Notes: generated by a model from the sequence alone, not told the origin. 64,000 nt of DNA from Chloroflexota bacterium (GCA_009838915.1 VXQT01000013.1:315161-379160), one strand, 5' to 3'. Shown: positions 28,931 to 38,340, counted from the stretch's first letter. Program-made: numbers and translations.

Positions 28931-30250
28931 TCAACCTGCCAACGCGTCCTCAACTCTCAACGCCTGACCCAGCAGAGTTTCGTCGTGGCCAAAGCGGCCT
29001 ACGAGGGAGAGACCGAGCGGGAGGCCGTCAACGTCGCCGAACGGCAGGTTGATCACCGGCATCCCGGCGTGGGTCCAGGGCAGGTTCATTCGTGGATCAC
29101 CGGTCGAGCCCAGACCATGCGGCGCCGGACCGACCGCTGACGGCGCCAGCCAGACGTCGATGCCGGCCCGATCCATGCGCTCGTGCAGCCGCTGGCGCAG
29201 CGCGATACGACTGGCCCGTCCGGTTTCGGCAGTGGCTGGGGAGACGGCCAATCCTGTCTCGAAAAACTCCGCGCTCTGGGGACGGAACATCGCCCCGTAC
29301 TTGGCGTAACGCTCGCGATGCGTCTCTGTGAACTCGAAGACGGTCAGATCGCTGTGTCGTTTGTTGATGTCAGCGATGTCGTGCAAGGTCATCACGTCTG
29401 CAATGTCGATGCCTGCGTCGCTCAGTAGCTCCGTCGCCTGGGCCAGGGCTGCGCGGACTTCCTGCCCTGCTTGTTCCAGAAATGGCCCGGCCGGTATCCC
29501 GATTCTTGGAGTCGTCGCCTCCGCGTCTTCACCGTTTCTCCAACCCAACAGCAGGGCGGAAGCGGCCAGCGTCGCGTCCGTGACCGAGTTGACGAAGAAG
29601 CCGATCGTGTCGACTGACGGAGAGAAGTACAGCGTCCCACCGGTCGGAATCCGGTCATACGAAGGCTTGAAGCCGACCGCGCCGCAAAACGACGCAGGAC
29701 GAATGACCGAGCCGACAGTCTGTGAACCGACCGCCAACGGCGCGATTCCGGCCGCGACTGCCGCGGCCGAGCCGCTGCTCGAACCGCCGGGCGTGTGCTC
29801 CCGATCGTGGGGATTGGCTGTCGCGCCGGAGGCGAAGTAGGCGAACTCGGTGGTCACGGCCTTGCCCAGGACGAGCGCGCCCGTCTCTTTGAGCCGTGCG
29901 ACCACATCGGCTTCGCGTCCGCTGAAGGACTCCGGCGGCACCGCCGAACCGGCACGTGTCGGCATCCGGTCGACATTGAAGATGTCCTTGACTGCAACCA
30001 TCGCGCCGAAGAGCGGCGGCCGATCCTCCGGCGACGGCCAACGTTCCATGAGCGTCGCCGCCTCCGCCGAGAGCCGTTCCCGTTGCCGCGGGTCGGGCAG
30101 CATCGCGCGGACGAGCGGATTGACTTCATCCAGCCGATCGAGCGACTGCGCAATCAGGTCCTGCAATGAGAGCGCGCCGGATCGAGCCGCGGCGACCTGC
30201 TTGCTCAGGGAGAGCGGTTGCACCAGGTTGAGCGTCGTTGCGTCCGGCAT
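28931..30250 (-). CDS. Amidase (amidase-signature family)
   Basis: GGSSSGSAAAVAAG amidase signature with KD...S catalytic context. Start at ATG 30250 (MPDATT, GGAG ribosome-binding site) rather than the track's TTG at 30265. Confidence 0.85.
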   Translation of the reverse strand: MPDATTLNLVQPLSLSKQVAAARSGALSLQDLIAQSLDRLDEVNPLVRAMLPDPRQRERLSAEAATLMERWPSPEDRPPLFGAMVAVKDIFNVDRMPTRAGSAVPPESFSGREADVVARLKETGALVLGKAVTTEFAYFASGATANPHDREHTPGGSSSGSAAAVAAGIAPLAVGSQTVGSVIRPASFCGAVGFKPSYDRIPTGGTLYFSPSVDTIGFFVNSVTDATLAASALLLGWRNGEDAEATTPRIGIPAGPFLEQAGQEVRAALAQATELLSDAGIDIADVMTLHDIADINKRHSDLTVFEFTETHRERYAKYGAMFRPQSAEFFETGLAVSPATAETGRASRIALRQRLHERMDRAGIDVWLAPSAVGPAPHGLGSTGDPRMNLPWTHAGMPVINLPFGDVDGLPLGLSLVGRFGHDETLLGQALRVEDALAG

Positions 30251-30268
30251 ATCGGGTTGCTCCAATCG

Positions 30269-30321
30269 ATGCCCCCCTCTGCCTTCGGCATCTCCCCCCG
30301 CTGCGCGGGGGGAGAGAGGGG
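30269..30321. repeat. GC-rich double-hairpin intergenic repeat element, copy A (terminator-like)
   Basis: ATGCCCCCCTCTGCCTTCGGCAT + CTCCCCCCGC-TGCG-GCGGGGGGAG + AGAGGGG. Near-identical reverse-complement copy at 37668-37718. Lies between the DinB-like gene and the amidase on the minus strand. Confidence 0.7.
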
Positions 30322-30323
30322 CG

Positions 30324-30854
30324 TTAGAAGCCGAGGCCTTCCTTGCCCTGCATTGAGCGGCCGACGTTGATCTGACCCAGGTGGTTGTTCGAGTGGTTGA
30401 TGATGACCTGACCGATGATCTCCCACTTGGGAAGCTCGCCCTGGGGCACGATGCGGGTGATCGAGTTCAGGTACTCGGGAGTCATCTCAGCGATGCGCGG
30501 GACAATCACATCGGCCACGTCGTTGAGATAGCCGGCAATGGTTGCGCCGTCAGGGAACACCCAGCTTGAGACTTCCTCGTAGCTGGTACCGGTGCCCTGG
30601 TCGACCTTGGGCAGTCCCCACTCCTCGAACAGGTTCTTCGACATCCAGATCGGCTGTTCGCGCTCGAAGGCGAAGTGAATCAGGTTGTCGGCGGTGCGGG
30701 CGATGTGCCAGGCCTCGAAGCCGATGCAGTTCTGACCCTCGAATGTGCAGAAGTGGACCTCGTCCTGCGAAAGGTCCTCCATCGACTGCGCGGTCCAGCG
30801 CAGCACGCGGTCGGTGAACTTGGCCAGCGCGGCCGCGAGATCGTTGTCTGCCAT
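30324..30854 (-). CDS. DinB/DinB_2-family four-helix-bundle protein
   Basis: 176 aa with ...WHIARTADNLIHFA... and ...INHSNNHLGQI... DinB-like His motifs. GGAGG ribosome-binding site. Confidence 0.6.
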   Translation of the reverse strand: MADNDLAAALAKFTDRVLRWTAQSMEDLSQDEVHFCTFEGQNCIGFEAWHIARTADNLIHFAFEREQPIWMSKNLFEEWGLPKVDQGTGTSYEEVSSWVFPDGATIAGYLNDVADVIVPRIAEMTPEYLNSITRIVPQGELPKWEIIGQVIINHSNNHLGQINVGRSMQGKEGLGF

Positions 30855-30905
30855 CGTCAGTCCTCCAGTTGGGTTGGCTGTGTCGTCATGAGTCCTTGAT
30901 GCACG

Positions 30906-31916
30906 TTAGCCGACGATCTGCGCGAGCACGTCGGCCCACTCGCGGTCGTCCTCGGTGTCGACCGACACCTGGTGCAGGTCGACTCCAGCTGCAGTCTGTT
31001 CCTCGATATGCCGAACGCACTCGTCGAGTGATCCCCGGCAGGAGAAGCGCGGCGCGATCTCCAATGCGATCTCCGCCGCCGCGCCTGGACCACCATCCTG
31101 CCACGCGTCGCGCATGGCGGCGACTTCGTCGCCGAACCCGTGCCGCTCGAACTGCCGGAAGTAGCCCGGACCGTTGCGCACGGCAAAGAACGAGAGTCCC
31201 TGCGCGAACCCTCGGTCAAGATCCGCCTGCCGCTCCGCAGCAAGCACCACGGTCGCCGACCCAGGCGAGCGGACCTCCACCGCCTCGGCGCTCCTGCCGG
31301 CGTCCACCGACCAGTGCCGCACCTGCGCGATTGACTCAGAAACCCGGTCGTTGGGAATCCAGGTCGGCATCCAGCCGTCGGCGATCTCGGCCGTCATCTT
31401 GACCGAGGTCGGATTCAACGTCGCCAGGTGGATTGGCGGAGTGCGCTGCGACGGGATCATCCCGCTGACCAGCGCTCGCTCCACGTGAATCGTGGGGCCG
31501 TCGTAGCTGAAGCGTTCGCGCGACCAGTACAGCCGGATCAGTTCGACCGCCTCGCGGATGCGGGCGAACGGCCGCTCGAACTTGACGCCGTGAAACCGCT
31601 CGATCGCGCCAGGCGCGCTGGCGCCCAGACCAACCACCACGCGTCCCCCCGATAACTGATCGACCGTGCCGAAGCTCTGCGCCAATGTCGCCGGTGTGCG
31701 CGAGAACACGTTGACGATCGCTGATGCAATCCGCACGTTCGACGTCTCGTGCGCCAGCAGCGCCATTCCGGTGAACGCGTCGTGACCGTATCCCTCGATC
31801 ACGCAGATCGTGTCGACGCCAATCTGGTCGGCCAGCCTCGCGCGGGCGAGGAAGGTGTCGACGAAGTCGGGATTCCAGGGCAGGTTGACGGACACGCGCC
31901 GCGTCACTGATGTCAT
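30906..31916 (-). CDS. LLM-class F420/flavin-dependent oxidoreductase
   Basis: Luciferase-like domain. Start reassigned to MTSVTRR (ATG 31916), which overlaps the upstream methyltransferase stop (ATGA). Confidence 0.8.
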   Translation of the reverse strand: MTSVTRRVSVNLPWNPDFVDTFLARARLADQIGVDTICVIEGYGHDAFTGMALLAHETSNVRIASAIVNVFSRTPATLAQSFGTVDQLSGGRVVVGLGASAPGAIERFHGVKFERPFARIREAVELIRLYWSRERFSYDGPTIHVERALVSGMIPSQRTPPIHLATLNPTSVKMTAEIADGWMPTWIPNDRVSESIAQVRHWSVDAGRSAEAVEVRSPGSATVVLAAERQADLDRGFAQGLSFFAVRNGPGYFRQFERHGFGDEVAAMRDAWQDGGPGAAAEIALEIAPRFSCRGSLDECVRHIEEQTAAGVDLHQVSVDTEDDREWADVLAQIVG

Positions 31917-32731
31917 AGCCAGGGATCTCCTTCGCAGACCGTCGCCGAGAGCAGCCAAATCTTGACCGGGCAGCGAACCTGCCCGTCGGGATCCACAACG
32001 CGATCATCCTCGCGCAACTCTCCGGCGATTGCCTCAATCATCCGCTCACGGTCGGTGGGCAGAAAGCCGAACGCATCCAGCATTCCCCACCAATCGTCGA
32101 AGCTGTCCCACCAGAATTCCCGCTCAATCTCCTCAATCGTTACGTCATCCAAACGGCGCTCGTCGTTCTCGCTGAGCAGCGCCAGGCGCACCGCCTCTCG
32201 CGGATCGAATCGCATCTCGACATCAGGCCTGACCACACCGCGGCGTTCCAGATGTCCGAGCAGGCGCGTGCCGGCCGAACCGAAGAATGGCGAGCCGATT
32301 ACCGTTGCCGCGACCCTACCGCCGAGCCGCGTCAGGCGCGTCGCTTCCTTGAGCAACAAGAGCGGTCGCTCCGCGTAAGGAAGGACGAACCCAAGGGATA
32401 CCGCGCTGGCCGATCGGTCGCGAAGTCCCGTGGCGGCGGCGTCTTCCTGGATGAACCTGGGCGCCAGGACGGCACGGCGAAATCGGTCTCTGGCAAGTTC
32501 GAGTTGCACTCTCGACAGATCAGCGCCCACCGCGCTCCCGCGTGTGAGCAGCGGCGCCGCGTGGGCAATCACCGCTCCAGGACCGCAACCGAGATCGACC
32601 AGGTCGCTATCGGCCTGCAGGTTGAGCCGCTTGATCAGCTCGGACGCGGCCAGATTGATCAGTTCCGGCGCCGACTGCTCGTATGCGGCGCCACTGAGAT
32701 TGAAGGTCTCGGCGATATCCTCGTTCCGCAC
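31913..32731 (-). CDS. Class I SAM-dependent methyltransferase
   Basis: Motif I LVDLGCGPG. The track ORF N-terminus (to 32941) overlaps the divergent GDPD gene, so the start is reassigned to GTG 32731 (VRNEDIAETF); the start is uncertain. Confidence 0.65.
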   Translation of the reverse strand: MRNEDIAETFNLSGAAYEQSAPELINLAASELIKRLNLQADSDLVDLGCGPGAVIAHAAPLLTRGSAVGADLSRVQLELARDRFRRAVLAPRFIQEDAAATGLRDRSASAVSLGFVLPYAERPLLLLKEATRLTRLGGRVAATVIGSPFFGSAGTRLLGHLERRGVVRPDVEMRFDPREAVRLALLSENDERRLDDVTIEEIEREFWWDSFDDWWGMLDAFGFLPTDRERMIEAIAGELREDDRVVDPDGQVRCPVKIWLLSATVCEGDPWL

Positions 32732-32770
32732 GTGTGCTTCCCGTCCAACCAACCTCGCGCGAGTTCGCCG

Positions 32771-33502
32771 ATGTCTCACGATACCCCGCTCGACCCTCCG
32801 CTCGTCATCGCCCACCGGACGACGATGGGTCACGCGCCCGAGAACACGCTGCTCGGCATCCGCACGGCGTTGGAAATGGGCTGCGACGGCGTCGAGATCG
32901 ATGTCCGTCTCTGCGGCGACGGCGTGCCCGTACTGATCCACGACGACGACCTGAGCCGCACCACCGACGCCTCCGGACGCGTCGCCGATGCCTCGCTCGC
33001 GTCACTGGCCGCTGTCGATGCCGGACAGGGAGAGTCGGTCCCTACCCTGCGTGACGCGCTCGCGCTCGTGAACGGGCGGATGCTGTTGATCGTGGAGTTG
33101 AAGGTCACTCCCGGCGACGATGTGGTCGCGCTTTGCGACGCCGTGCTCAAGGACCTAAGCGAGGCCGACGCGATTCCCTGGACGTGGCTCTGGAGCTTCG
33201 ACTCGGAGACGGTGATCGAGTTGTCCGGCCGAGCGTCGCACAGTCGGCGGATCGCCCACCTCTGCATCGAGCCCACGCCGGAGGTCTGGCGGATCGCGGC
33301 GGAGCACCGGCTCGACGGCATCTCCATGCACGGATCCGGCCTCACCGGCGACCACGTCGCCGCCTGTCGCGCGCACGACATGGCTGCCTTCGTCTGGACA
33401 GTGAATGAACCATCCGACATCGAGCGCTGTATCGCGCTTGGCGTAACGGGCATCGTCAGCGACTACCCGGAACGCATCCAGGCGGCCCTTGACGACCGGT
33501 GA
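32771..33502 (+). CDS. ugpQ: Glycerophosphodiester phosphodiesterase family protein
   Basis: HRTTMGHAPENTLLGIRTALEMGCDGVEIDVRL... GDPD motifs. Start reassigned to MSHDTPL (ATG 32771) within track ORF 32252..33502. Confidence 0.85.
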   Translation: MSHDTPLDPPLVIAHRTTMGHAPENTLLGIRTALEMGCDGVEIDVRLCGDGVPVLIHDDDLSRTTDASGRVADASLASLAAVDAGQGESVPTLRDALALVNGRMLLIVELKVTPGDDVVALCDAVLKDLSEADAIPWTWLWSFDSETVIELSGRASHSRRIAHLCIEPTPEVWRIAAEHRLDGISMHGSGLTGDHVAACRAHDMAAFVWTVNEPSDIERCIALGVTGIVSDYPERIQAALDDR

Positions 33503-33536
33503 CCGCCGGCGTTCCTGCTATGCTCGGAGATCGCGA

Positions 33537-33613
33537 AGGGGTGTAGCTCAGTTTGGCAGAGCAACGGTCTCCAAAACCGTAGGTCGCGGGTTCGAGTCCT
33601 GCCACCCCTGCCA
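33537..33613 (+). tRNA. tRNA-Trp (anticodon CCA)
   Basis: Acceptor AGGGGTG/CACCCCT, anticodon loop CTCCAAA, T-arm GCGGG-TTCGAGT-CCTGC, encoded CCA; coordinates +/-2. Confidence 0.85.
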
Positions 33614-33631
33614 GAGCAACCCACCAGCCAT

Positions 33632-33719
33632 GCCGAGGTGGTGGAACTGGTAGACACGCAGCGTTGAGGGCGCTGTGCCCATTGCGGGCGTGGAGGTTCG
33701 AGTCCTCTCCTCGGCACCA
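33632..33719 (+). tRNA. tRNA-Leu (anticodon GAG)
   Basis: Acceptor GCCGAGG/CCTCGGC, anticodon loop TTGAGGG, long variable arm, encoded CCA; coordinates +/-2. Confidence 0.85.
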
Positions 33720-33769
33720 ACACTCGGACTACCACCGATTGCCGCCCGGTGGTTACAATGTCCCCACCA

Positions 33770-33844
33770 GCGGAAGTGGCGCAGCGGTAGCGCGTCTCCT
33801 TGCCAAGGAGAAGGTCGAGGGTTCGAATCCCTTCTTCCGCTCCA
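33770..33844 (+). tRNA. tRNA-Gly (anticodon GCC)
   Basis: Acceptor GCGGAAG/CTTCCGC, anticodon loop TTGCCAA, T-arm GAGGG-TTCGAAT-CCCTT, encoded CCA; coordinates +/-2. Confidence 0.85.
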
Positions 33845-33865
33845 CAACAACGCACCTGCGCACCA

Positions 33866-33939
<74 letters not shown>

Positions 33940-33963
33940 ACCTCTCCCCTCTGACTCCATTCC

Positions 33964-34551
33964 GTGCCCGCCTACGACTCGCAAACCGCGCTGATTGTCG
34001 TTGACATCCAGAACGACTTTGCGCATCCCGACGGCTCGCTCTACGTGAGCGGCGCGGCCGATGTGGTTGCCTACGCGAACCGCGCAATCTCCGACGCTTC
34101 GCAGTCGGGCGCGCTTGTCGTCTACACGCAGGACTGGCATCCCAAGCACACGCCGCACTTTGAGCAGGACGGCGGCATCTGGCCAGTCCACTGCGTCGGT
34201 GACAGCTGGGGAGCCGAGTTTCACACTGACCTGGCTCTCAACGCCGGCCCCACGGTGCGCAAGGGCGCTGACGGCAACGACGGCTACTCAGGGTTCACGA
34301 CCCGCGATCCGCAGAGCGGCGTGCAACAGCAGACCGAACTAGAGGAAATCCTGCTCGAAGCCGGGATTGAGCGGTGCGTCGTCGTCGGCTTGGCGACCGA
34401 CTACTGCGTGAAGGAGACGGTCCTCGACGCTTGCCGCCTTGGATTCGAAGTCCTCGCGCCCCGGGCTGGGATGGCCGCCGTCAATCTGCAGCCTGGCGAT
34501 GGCGAGGCCGCGCTGACCACGATGGCTGAGTCCGGCGCGTTGATCGAATAG
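33964..34551 (+). CDS. pncA: Nicotinamidase/pyrazinamidase (isochorismatase family)
   Basis: ALIVVDIQNDF, ...TQDWHP..., TDYCVKET motifs. Paired with pncB downstream. Confidence 0.85.
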   Translation: MPAYDSQTALIVVDIQNDFAHPDGSLYVSGAADVVAYANRAISDASQSGALVVYTQDWHPKHTPHFEQDGGIWPVHCVGDSWGAEFHTDLALNAGPTVRKGADGNDGYSGFTTRDPQSGVQQQTELEEILLEAGIERCVVVGLATDYCVKETVLDACRLGFEVLAPRAGMAAVNLQPGDGEAALTTMAESGALIE

Positions 34552-34561
34552 CGTTCACAGA

Positions 34562-35809
34562 GTGAACACGCCGTCAGCGCTGTTTGTCGATCTCTACGAG
34601 CTGACCATGGCACAGCTCTACTACGAGCGCGGCATGACCAGGGAGGCTGTCTTCGAGCTGACCGTGCGCGAACTGCCGGAGCAGTGGGACTACCTGATTG
34701 CGGCCGGTCTCGATCGCGCGCTCAGCTTCCTCGAACAACTGAGATTCTCCGAGGACGACCTGGAGTTCCTTGGCTCGCTGCCACAGTTCAGCCAGGCCTT
34801 CATCGACCAACTACGCCGACTCCGCTTCACCGGAGATGTCTGGGCGCCGCCGGAAGGCGCGATTGTCTATCCGGACGAACCTTTGATCCAGGTCATCGCG
34901 CCGCTGGCCGAGGCGCAGATCATCGAAACGGCGATGATCAACCAGATCGCCTTCCCGACGCTGGTGGCGAGCAAGGCCGCTCGCGCGGTCGATGCCGCTG
35001 CAGGACGCCCGGTGATCGAGTTCGGCGGGAGACGCGCCCACGGCGCGGAAGCGGCGATCGAAGCGTCGCGTGCGACCTACATCGCCGGCTTTGAGGCAAC
35101 GTCATCGGTCGAGGCTGGCCGGCGCTTCGGAGTCCCGATCACCGGCACGATGGCGCACAGCTTCGTCTTGGCCGAGGGCGATGAAGCGGAGGCATTCGAC
35201 GCGTTCGTCTCGCGCTATCCCGGCACGACCCTGCTGGTCGACACATACGACACGCAGCCAGGAGTTGCCAACGCTGTCAGGACTGCGCGGAGGTTCGGTC
35301 CCGGCTCCGTCGGCGCGATCCGGATTGACTCCGGGGACTTGCGTACGGAAGCCTGGCAAGCCCGAGTCATGCTCGACACCGCCGGCTTGTCCGATGTCCG
35401 CATCGTCGCCAGCGGCGGACTCGACGAGTACCAGATCGCCGACCTGGTCAGCGCCAACGCGCCAATCGACATCTTCGCCTGCGGCACCAGCATCGTCGCC
35501 CCGCCCGACGCGGCGACGTTGGACTCGGCCTACAAGATGGTCGAGTACGACGGCCGACCGGTAGCCAAGCGATCTCCGGGTAAGCCAGGCATCGGTCATC
35601 GCAAGCAAGTGTGGCGATTACCGGAGCACGACCTGATCGCCCGATTCGACGAGCCCCCCTTGGGAGAAGCCGAACCGCTCCTGCAGCAGGTCATGGCCGC
35701 CGGACAACGAACCGCGGCAGGTAGTGAGTCGCTGACTCAGATGCGCGCTCGCGCAGCGGTTGGTCGTGTTCCTCGACGGGTGGAGACCGATCCCTCGCTG
35801 CTAAGATGA
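34562..35809 (+). CDS. pncB: Nicotinate phosphoribosyltransferase
   Basis: FVDLYELTMAQ... NAPRTase N-terminus, 415 aa. Confidence 0.88.
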   Translation: MNTPSALFVDLYELTMAQLYYERGMTREAVFELTVRELPEQWDYLIAAGLDRALSFLEQLRFSEDDLEFLGSLPQFSQAFIDQLRRLRFTGDVWAPPEGAIVYPDEPLIQVIAPLAEAQIIETAMINQIAFPTLVASKAARAVDAAAGRPVIEFGGRRAHGAEAAIEASRATYIAGFEATSSVEAGRRFGVPITGTMAHSFVLAEGDEAEAFDAFVSRYPGTTLLVDTYDTQPGVANAVRTARRFGPGSVGAIRIDSGDLRTEAWQARVMLDTAGLSDVRIVASGGLDEYQIADLVSANAPIDIFACGTSIVAPPDAATLDSAYKMVEYDGRPVAKRSPGKPGIGHRKQVWRLPEHDLIARFDEPPLGEAEPLLQQVMAAGQRTAAGSESLTQMRARAAVGRVPRRVETDPSLLR

Positions 35810-35826
35810 AATCCAGACAAACATAG

Positions 35827-37620
35827 TTGGAGAACTACGGTATGACCGAGTCCAGAATCGACACTCCCGGAGTCGTGATCCCGATCTGGGACGGCGAACT
35901 CGACGACTTCGAGACTGAAGCCACCGCCTTCCGCGAGCAACAGCGCGAAGAGGTCGAGTTTATGCTCTACCGCCTGCGACAGGGAGTCTACGGACAGCGC
36001 CAGCCAGACGTGCACATGAACCGGATCAAGTTGCCTATGGGCGGTGTCACGTCCGATCAGCTCGACGGACTCGCGGAGGTCTGCGAGACCTTCGCGCCGC
36101 TGCGCAAGGGACACATCACCACCCGCCAGAACATCCAGGTCCACTTCGTACCGCTCGACCAGATGCCGGACATGCTCCGGGTCCTGGGCAAGGTCGGCCT
36201 GTCTTCGCGTGAGGCCTGCGGCAACACCGTACGCAACGTCACCGCCGACCCCTGGGCCGGCATCTCCGAGGACGAGGTCTTCGACCCTACGCCCTACGCC
36301 GGCGCGTTCGTCCGCTACTGGGTGCGCAACTCGATCACCCAGCTCCTGCCGCGCAAGTTCAAGGTCTACTTCACCGGCCGCGAGGCCGACTCCGCCATCG
36401 CCGCCATCCACGATCTCGCCTTCTTCTCACAGGTCCGTGTGATCGACGGCAAAGAGGTCCGCGGCTTCCGCGTCATGGTCGGCGGCGGCCTTTCAACGAT
36501 GCCCAAGGAAGCCGTCACGCTGACCGACTTCGTGCCGATGTCCGACTTCCTTACCCTCTCGGAGGCCGTGATCCGCATCTTCAACGCGGCCGACGAGCTG
36601 CGCAAGAACATCCTCAAGGCCCGCCTCAAGTTCCTCGTCCACCGCGTCGGCGAAGAGGCCTTCCGCGAGATGGTCGACGAAGAACTGAAGAAGGGCTGGT
36701 CAGCCGAGACGCCGCCGCTTGAGGAGTTGCTCTACATCGACGACGAGGATTCCGACGAGCGCGAGATTGCGGTCGAGCTGCCCTCGCCCAACGGCGATGC
36801 GGCGCGATTCGAGCAGTTCCTCGCCACCAACGTCCGCCCACAGGTTCAGGACGGCTACTCCGCGGTCGAGGCTTCGATCGATCAGGGCGACCTGACGCCG
36901 GAACAGTTCCGCGGCCTGGCCGAGATCCTGCGCAAGTATGGTCGCGAGCGAGCACGAACCACTCCGCAGCAGAACGTGGTCCTGCGCTGGATTCCCAACC
37001 AGGCTGTCTACGCGGTCTGGAAGGAACTCGATGCCCTCGGCATGGGCGCTCCAGACGCCCAGGAAATCGAAGACGTCGTCTCCTGCCCCGGCACCGATAG
37101 TTGCAAGCTCGGCATCACCTCGTCCATGGGTCTCAACCGCGCCGTGCAGGAGCGCGTCCGTGAGATGGCGATTGACGATCCGCTGACCCGCAAGATGCGT
37201 ATCCACATGAGCGGCTGCCCCAACAGTTGCGGCCAGCACCACATCGCCGATATCGGCTTCCACGGCGCCGCGATCAAGGTCGGCAACCGTCAGATTCCCG
37301 CCTATCACATGTTCGTCGCCGGCACCTACCGCACCGAGGAGATGCGGCTGGGCACGCTGGTACCGAAGGTCCGCATCCCGGCCAAGCGCGTTCCCGACGC
37401 CGTCGAGCGGGTGATCGACCTGTATCACTCCGACCGCCAGGACGGTCAAGAGCTGTTCAGCAGTTGGGTGGACCGGGTCGGCCTCAGTCCGATCCAGGAC
37501 ACGCTCACCGATCTCACGCTGCCGCCCGAGTTCTCCGCCGACACCCTGCCGATGTTTATCGACTGGGATCGCCAGGACATCTACATTCTCCAGCGCGGCG
37601 AGGGCGAGTGCGCCGTCTAA
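35827..37620 (+). CDS. sir: Ferredoxin-dependent sulfite/nitrite reductase hemoprotein (siroheme-[4Fe-4S])
   Basis: Cys cluster motifs CPGTDSCKLGITSS and MSGCPNSCGQHH. 597 aa with a two-fold NirA/Sir architecture. Coordinates are taken from the ORF track; my hand-count puts the TTG one base earlier. Confidence 0.88.
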   Translation: MENYGMTESRIDTPGVVIPIWDGELDDFETEATAFREQQREEVEFMLYRLRQGVYGQRQPDVHMNRIKLPMGGVTSDQLDGLAEVCETFAPLRKGHITTRQNIQVHFVPLDQMPDMLRVLGKVGLSSREACGNTVRNVTADPWAGISEDEVFDPTPYAGAFVRYWVRNSITQLLPRKFKVYFTGREADSAIAAIHDLAFFSQVRVIDGKEVRGFRVMVGGGLSTMPKEAVTLTDFVPMSDFLTLSEAVIRIFNAADELRKNILKARLKFLVHRVGEEAFREMVDEELKKGWSAETPPLEELLYIDDEDSDEREIAVELPSPNGDAARFEQFLATNVRPQVQDGYSAVEASIDQGDLTPEQFRGLAEILRKYGRERARTTPQQNVVLRWIPNQAVYAVWKELDALGMGAPDAQEIEDVVSCPGTDSCKLGITSSMGLNRAVQERVREMAIDDPLTRKMRIHMSGCPNSCGQHHIADIGFHGAAIKVGNRQIPAYHMFVAGTYRTEEMRLGTLVPKVRIPAKRVPDAVERVIDLYHSDRQDGQELFSSWVDRVGLSPIQDTLTDLTLPPEFSADTLPMFIDWDRQDIYILQRGEGECAV

Positions 37621-37667
37621 AGCCTCCATCTCCACCCGCTCTGCGGGGAACTCTGCATCCGCTCACT

Positions 37668-37718
37668 CCCCTCTCCCCCCGCTCCGCGGGGGGAGATGCC
37701 GAAGGCAGAGGGGGGCAT
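37668..37718. repeat. GC-rich double-hairpin intergenic repeat element, copy B (terminator-like; reverse complement of copy A)
   Basis: CCCCTCT + CCCCCCGC-TCCG-GCGGGGGGAG + ATGCCGAAGGCAGAGGGGGGCAT. A weaker hairpin CCCGCTCTGCGGG sits just upstream. Lies between the sir stop and the trmH-like start. Confidence 0.7.
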
Positions 37719-37740
37719 ACCGAGGCCTTAGACCCGCCAA

Positions 37741-38340
37741 GTGATCACCGAACGCCGCCTTGCTCGTATGCGCGAAGTGCTGGAGCGCCGCCACGATGAC
37801 CTGGTTGTGGTGCTCGAGAACATCCATGACGCCCACAACGCCTCCGCCATTCTGCGCAGTTGCGACGCCTTCGGCGTCGGCCGGGTCGCGCTGGTCTACA
37901 CCAACCAGGTCTTCCCCGAGATTTCAGGCGGCGTCGCGGCCAAGGTCCCGAAATGGCTGCAGATCGACCGCTTTGCGTCGGCCGAGGACTGCGTCTCTGC
38001 TCTGCACGACGAGGGAATCAAGGTCTACGCCACCGAACTCACGGACGACGCACACGACTATCTCGGCGTCGACTTCGGCGGACCCTGCGCCATCGTCCTC
38101 GGAAACGAGCACGCAGGCTGCTCAGCGGAGATGGTCGCACTGGCGGACGGCGCGGTCATCGTCCCGATGGCCGGCTTCGTACAGTCGCTGAACGTCTCAG
38201 TGGCAGCGGCGGTGATTCTGGCCGAGATCGCACGTCAACGACGAGAGTTTCAGCCTGGCTGGAGCGAACGCAAGGCGGCTCAACTGCAGCGCTGGATTGA
38301 GCGCGAGTCGTCGGGGGCTGACTCTCCGGGTGTCGTGTAG
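37741..38340 (+). CDS. trmH: SpoU/TrmH-class tRNA/rRNA 2'-O-methyltransferase
   Basis: ...LVVVLENIHDAHNASAILRSCDAFGV..., ...IVLGNEHAGCS..., ...VQSLNVSVAAAVILAEI... SpoU motifs. GTG start. Confidence 0.85.
   Translation: MITERRLARMREVLERRHDDLVVVLENIHDAHNASAILRSCDAFGVGRVALVYTNQVFPEISGGVAAKVPKWLQIDRFASAEDCVSALHDEGIKVYATELTDDAHDYLGVDFGGPCAIVLGNEHAGCSAEMVALADGAVIVPMAGFVQSLNVSVAAAVILAEIARQRREFQPGWSERKAAQLQRWIERESSGADSPGVV

Noticed and set aside
32252-32770. N-terminal 173-aa extension of the GDPD ORF
   Set aside because: No homology there, and it overlaps the divergent methyltransferase. GDPD motifs begin right after MSHDTPL at 32771.
37719-37734. Shared 10-mer CCGAGGCCTT flanking both repeat copies on the plus strand
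   Set aside because: At 30327 it is the C-terminal coding sequence (EGLGF*) of the DinB-like gene. A 10-mer match by chance is expected many times in 64 kb, so it is not treated as part of the element.
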